Assembly: GCA_038063715.1 (NCBI GenBank)
Contig: JBBTUO010000007.1
Span: forward strand, 1,540-65,539
Source: Patescibacteria group bacterium
GTDB taxonomy: Bacteria; Patescibacteriota; Minisyncoccia; Phycocordibacterales; SIBU01
Length of the DNA: 64,000 bases
Direction: 5' to 3'
Position 1 is the first letter of the stretch. Every line of letters begins with the position of its first letter. Under the pieces are notes generated by a model. That model saw nothing but the letters and a program-made list of their open reading frames with translations, made no database searches and had not been told where the DNA came from. Shown piece after piece: positions 63,065 through 64,000 of this stretch. The position numbers and the translations under genes are program-made.

Positions 63065-64000
63065 ATGTCCCAAAAAACCGCCACAATCATCATAATCATT
63101 TTTGTCCTAATGCTTGCCCTAGGGTTTTTGGCATTTTATTTTTATACAAATCAAGGACAAGGGGTCGGTATTGGAACCACGGATCCTCGTGGAAACATTT
63201 TTCCTGGAGGAGGAACGGGTGGTGGGGGCACAGAAGTTCCAGGTGGCAACACAACACCGGAAGGAGGAACGGGTGGTGGACAGGGGGGTACACCGCAAAT
63301 AGTTCCTGTACTAAAAGAGCTTTCGACTCGCCCGAGTGCTGGAGCAGTATCTATTGCCACATCAACATCCGTACTAGTACGCTTTATAGAAAGGGGGAGT
63401 GGTAATGTATACGAGGTAAGTCCGCAGGACAATTCAGAAAAGCGCCTCTCAAACACCACTATTCCAAAAATTGAGGAGGCTTTATGGGACAAAACCGGTA
63501 CACAGGTGATCGCTCGTTACACAGGAGATACTGGCGATTTAATAAAAACATATAGCGCCACACTCACAGAAAACTCAGCGACAGAAATCGAAGGTAAACT
63601 CCAAGGCTCTTTTATGACCGACAACATTGATGTTGTTGCAAAAAGTCCAGATCAAACAAAAATATTTTACTTACTACAAAATTCTGCCGGTACCACGGGA
63701 ATTGTTTCTGATTTCAATGGAGGCAAAAAAACTCAGGTATTTGACTCTCCCTTGCAGGAATGGCTTGTAGAATGGCCTACCGCAACACAGGTAGCCCTTA
63801 ACACAAAACCTTCGGCGGGGGCACCCGGATTTCTATTTCTACTAAATACCGCGACTGGGGCGCTCACCAGAGCAATTTCCTCAATCAACGGTCTTACAAC
63901 TCTCGTTAATCCTAGGGGAACCATGGCTTTGTACTCAGAAAGTATTTTTCCCAACCTGTCCTTCAAAATATATTCTTTCACCGACGGATCCACAAAAGAA
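63065..64000 (+). CDS. Hypothetical membrane-anchored protein (3' end lies outside the window)
   Basis: ATG at 63065. Frame open to the window end. N-terminal TM (TATIIIIIFVLMLALGFLAFYFY), then a Gly-rich linker. Absent from the ORF track because no stop lies inside the window. Confidence 0.4.
   Translation, partial: MSQKTATIIIIIFVLMLALGFLAFYFYTNQGQGVGIGTTDPRGNIFPGGGTGGGGTEVPGGNTTPEGGTGGGQGGTPQIVPVLKELSTRPSAGAVSIATSTSVLVRFIERGSGNVYEVSPQDNSEKRLSNTTIPKIEEALWDKTGTQVIARYTGDTGDLIKTYSATLTENSATEIEGKLQGSFMTDNIDVVAKSPDQTKIFYLLQNSAGTTGIVSDFNGGKKTQVFDSPLQEWLVEWPTATQVALNTKPSAGAPGFLFLLNTATGALTRAISSINGLTTLVNPRGTMALYSESIFPNLSFKIYSFTDGSTKE

Noticed and set aside
1-64000. CRISPR array or cas operon near the Cas2-like genes
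   Set aside because: No regularly spaced direct repeats with unique spacers anywhere. The repeat families found are irregularly spaced intergenic elements. There is no Cas1 or other cas gene. The Cas2-like similarity is confined to a C-terminal domain.

Overview
This looks like a compact, AT-rich (roughly 40% GC) bacterial chromosome segment. Its style fits a CPR/Patescibacteria-type genome: short trigger factor, H+-pyrophosphatase, many small secreted or membrane hypotheticals, and a type IV secretion-like module. That placement is inference from gene content and composition only.

The first ~47 kb is mostly housekeeping: nusA (5' truncated), hppA, tig, rsmE, clpP, rny, a sigma-70-family factor, hup, a LivJ-like ABC binding protein, purD, a YraN-family endonuclease, cca, xth, rpsO, a NYN-domain protein, pnp, a DksA/TraR zinc finger, comM/yifB, a LysM-M23 peptidase, pcrA and rsmA. 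There are four tRNAs: Trp(CCA), Pro(TGG), Gly(GCC) and Arg(TCG). Three TrmB-family regulator paralogs are present, plus a 3' remnant of a fourth.

The last ~17 kb (47.2-64.0 kb) is a T4SS-like cluster. It has a VirB4-type ATPase, a VirB6-like polytopic membrane protein with a long tail, a discoidin-domain giant secreted protein, pilin-like and other small membrane proteins, and a proline-rich protein. It carries shared palindromic TACGAA...TTCGTA elements in front of several of its genes.

The most unusual feature is a pair of paralogous ~188-aa proteins. Each has an N-terminal winged-helix-like region fused to a Cas2/VapD-like C-terminal motif, with no CRISPR context. Each gene is bracketed upstream and downstream by its own cognate ~38-bp palindrome, and the upstream copy overlaps the start codon.

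The window is also rich in repeat families:
- AT-rich 'AATTTCTAA...TTAGAAATT' intergenic elements.
- An ~85-bp double-hairpin repeat in five copies.
- An 'ACTTTAGTTAACTAAAGT' palindrome in three copies.

Several GC-rich inserts sit in the AT-rich background. These include a XerC/D-like integrase island, the sigma-factor gene, and a radical-SAM/SPASM locus with a convergent GC-rich ORF.

Two HTH + LAGLIDADG-like genes each sit immediately upstream of a tRNA gene. Several non-coding regions look like structured RNA, but I could not assign them to RNase P, tmRNA or SRP RNA by eye. No rRNA genes and no CRISPR arrays were seen. Hand-derived coordinates may be off by 1-2 nt.
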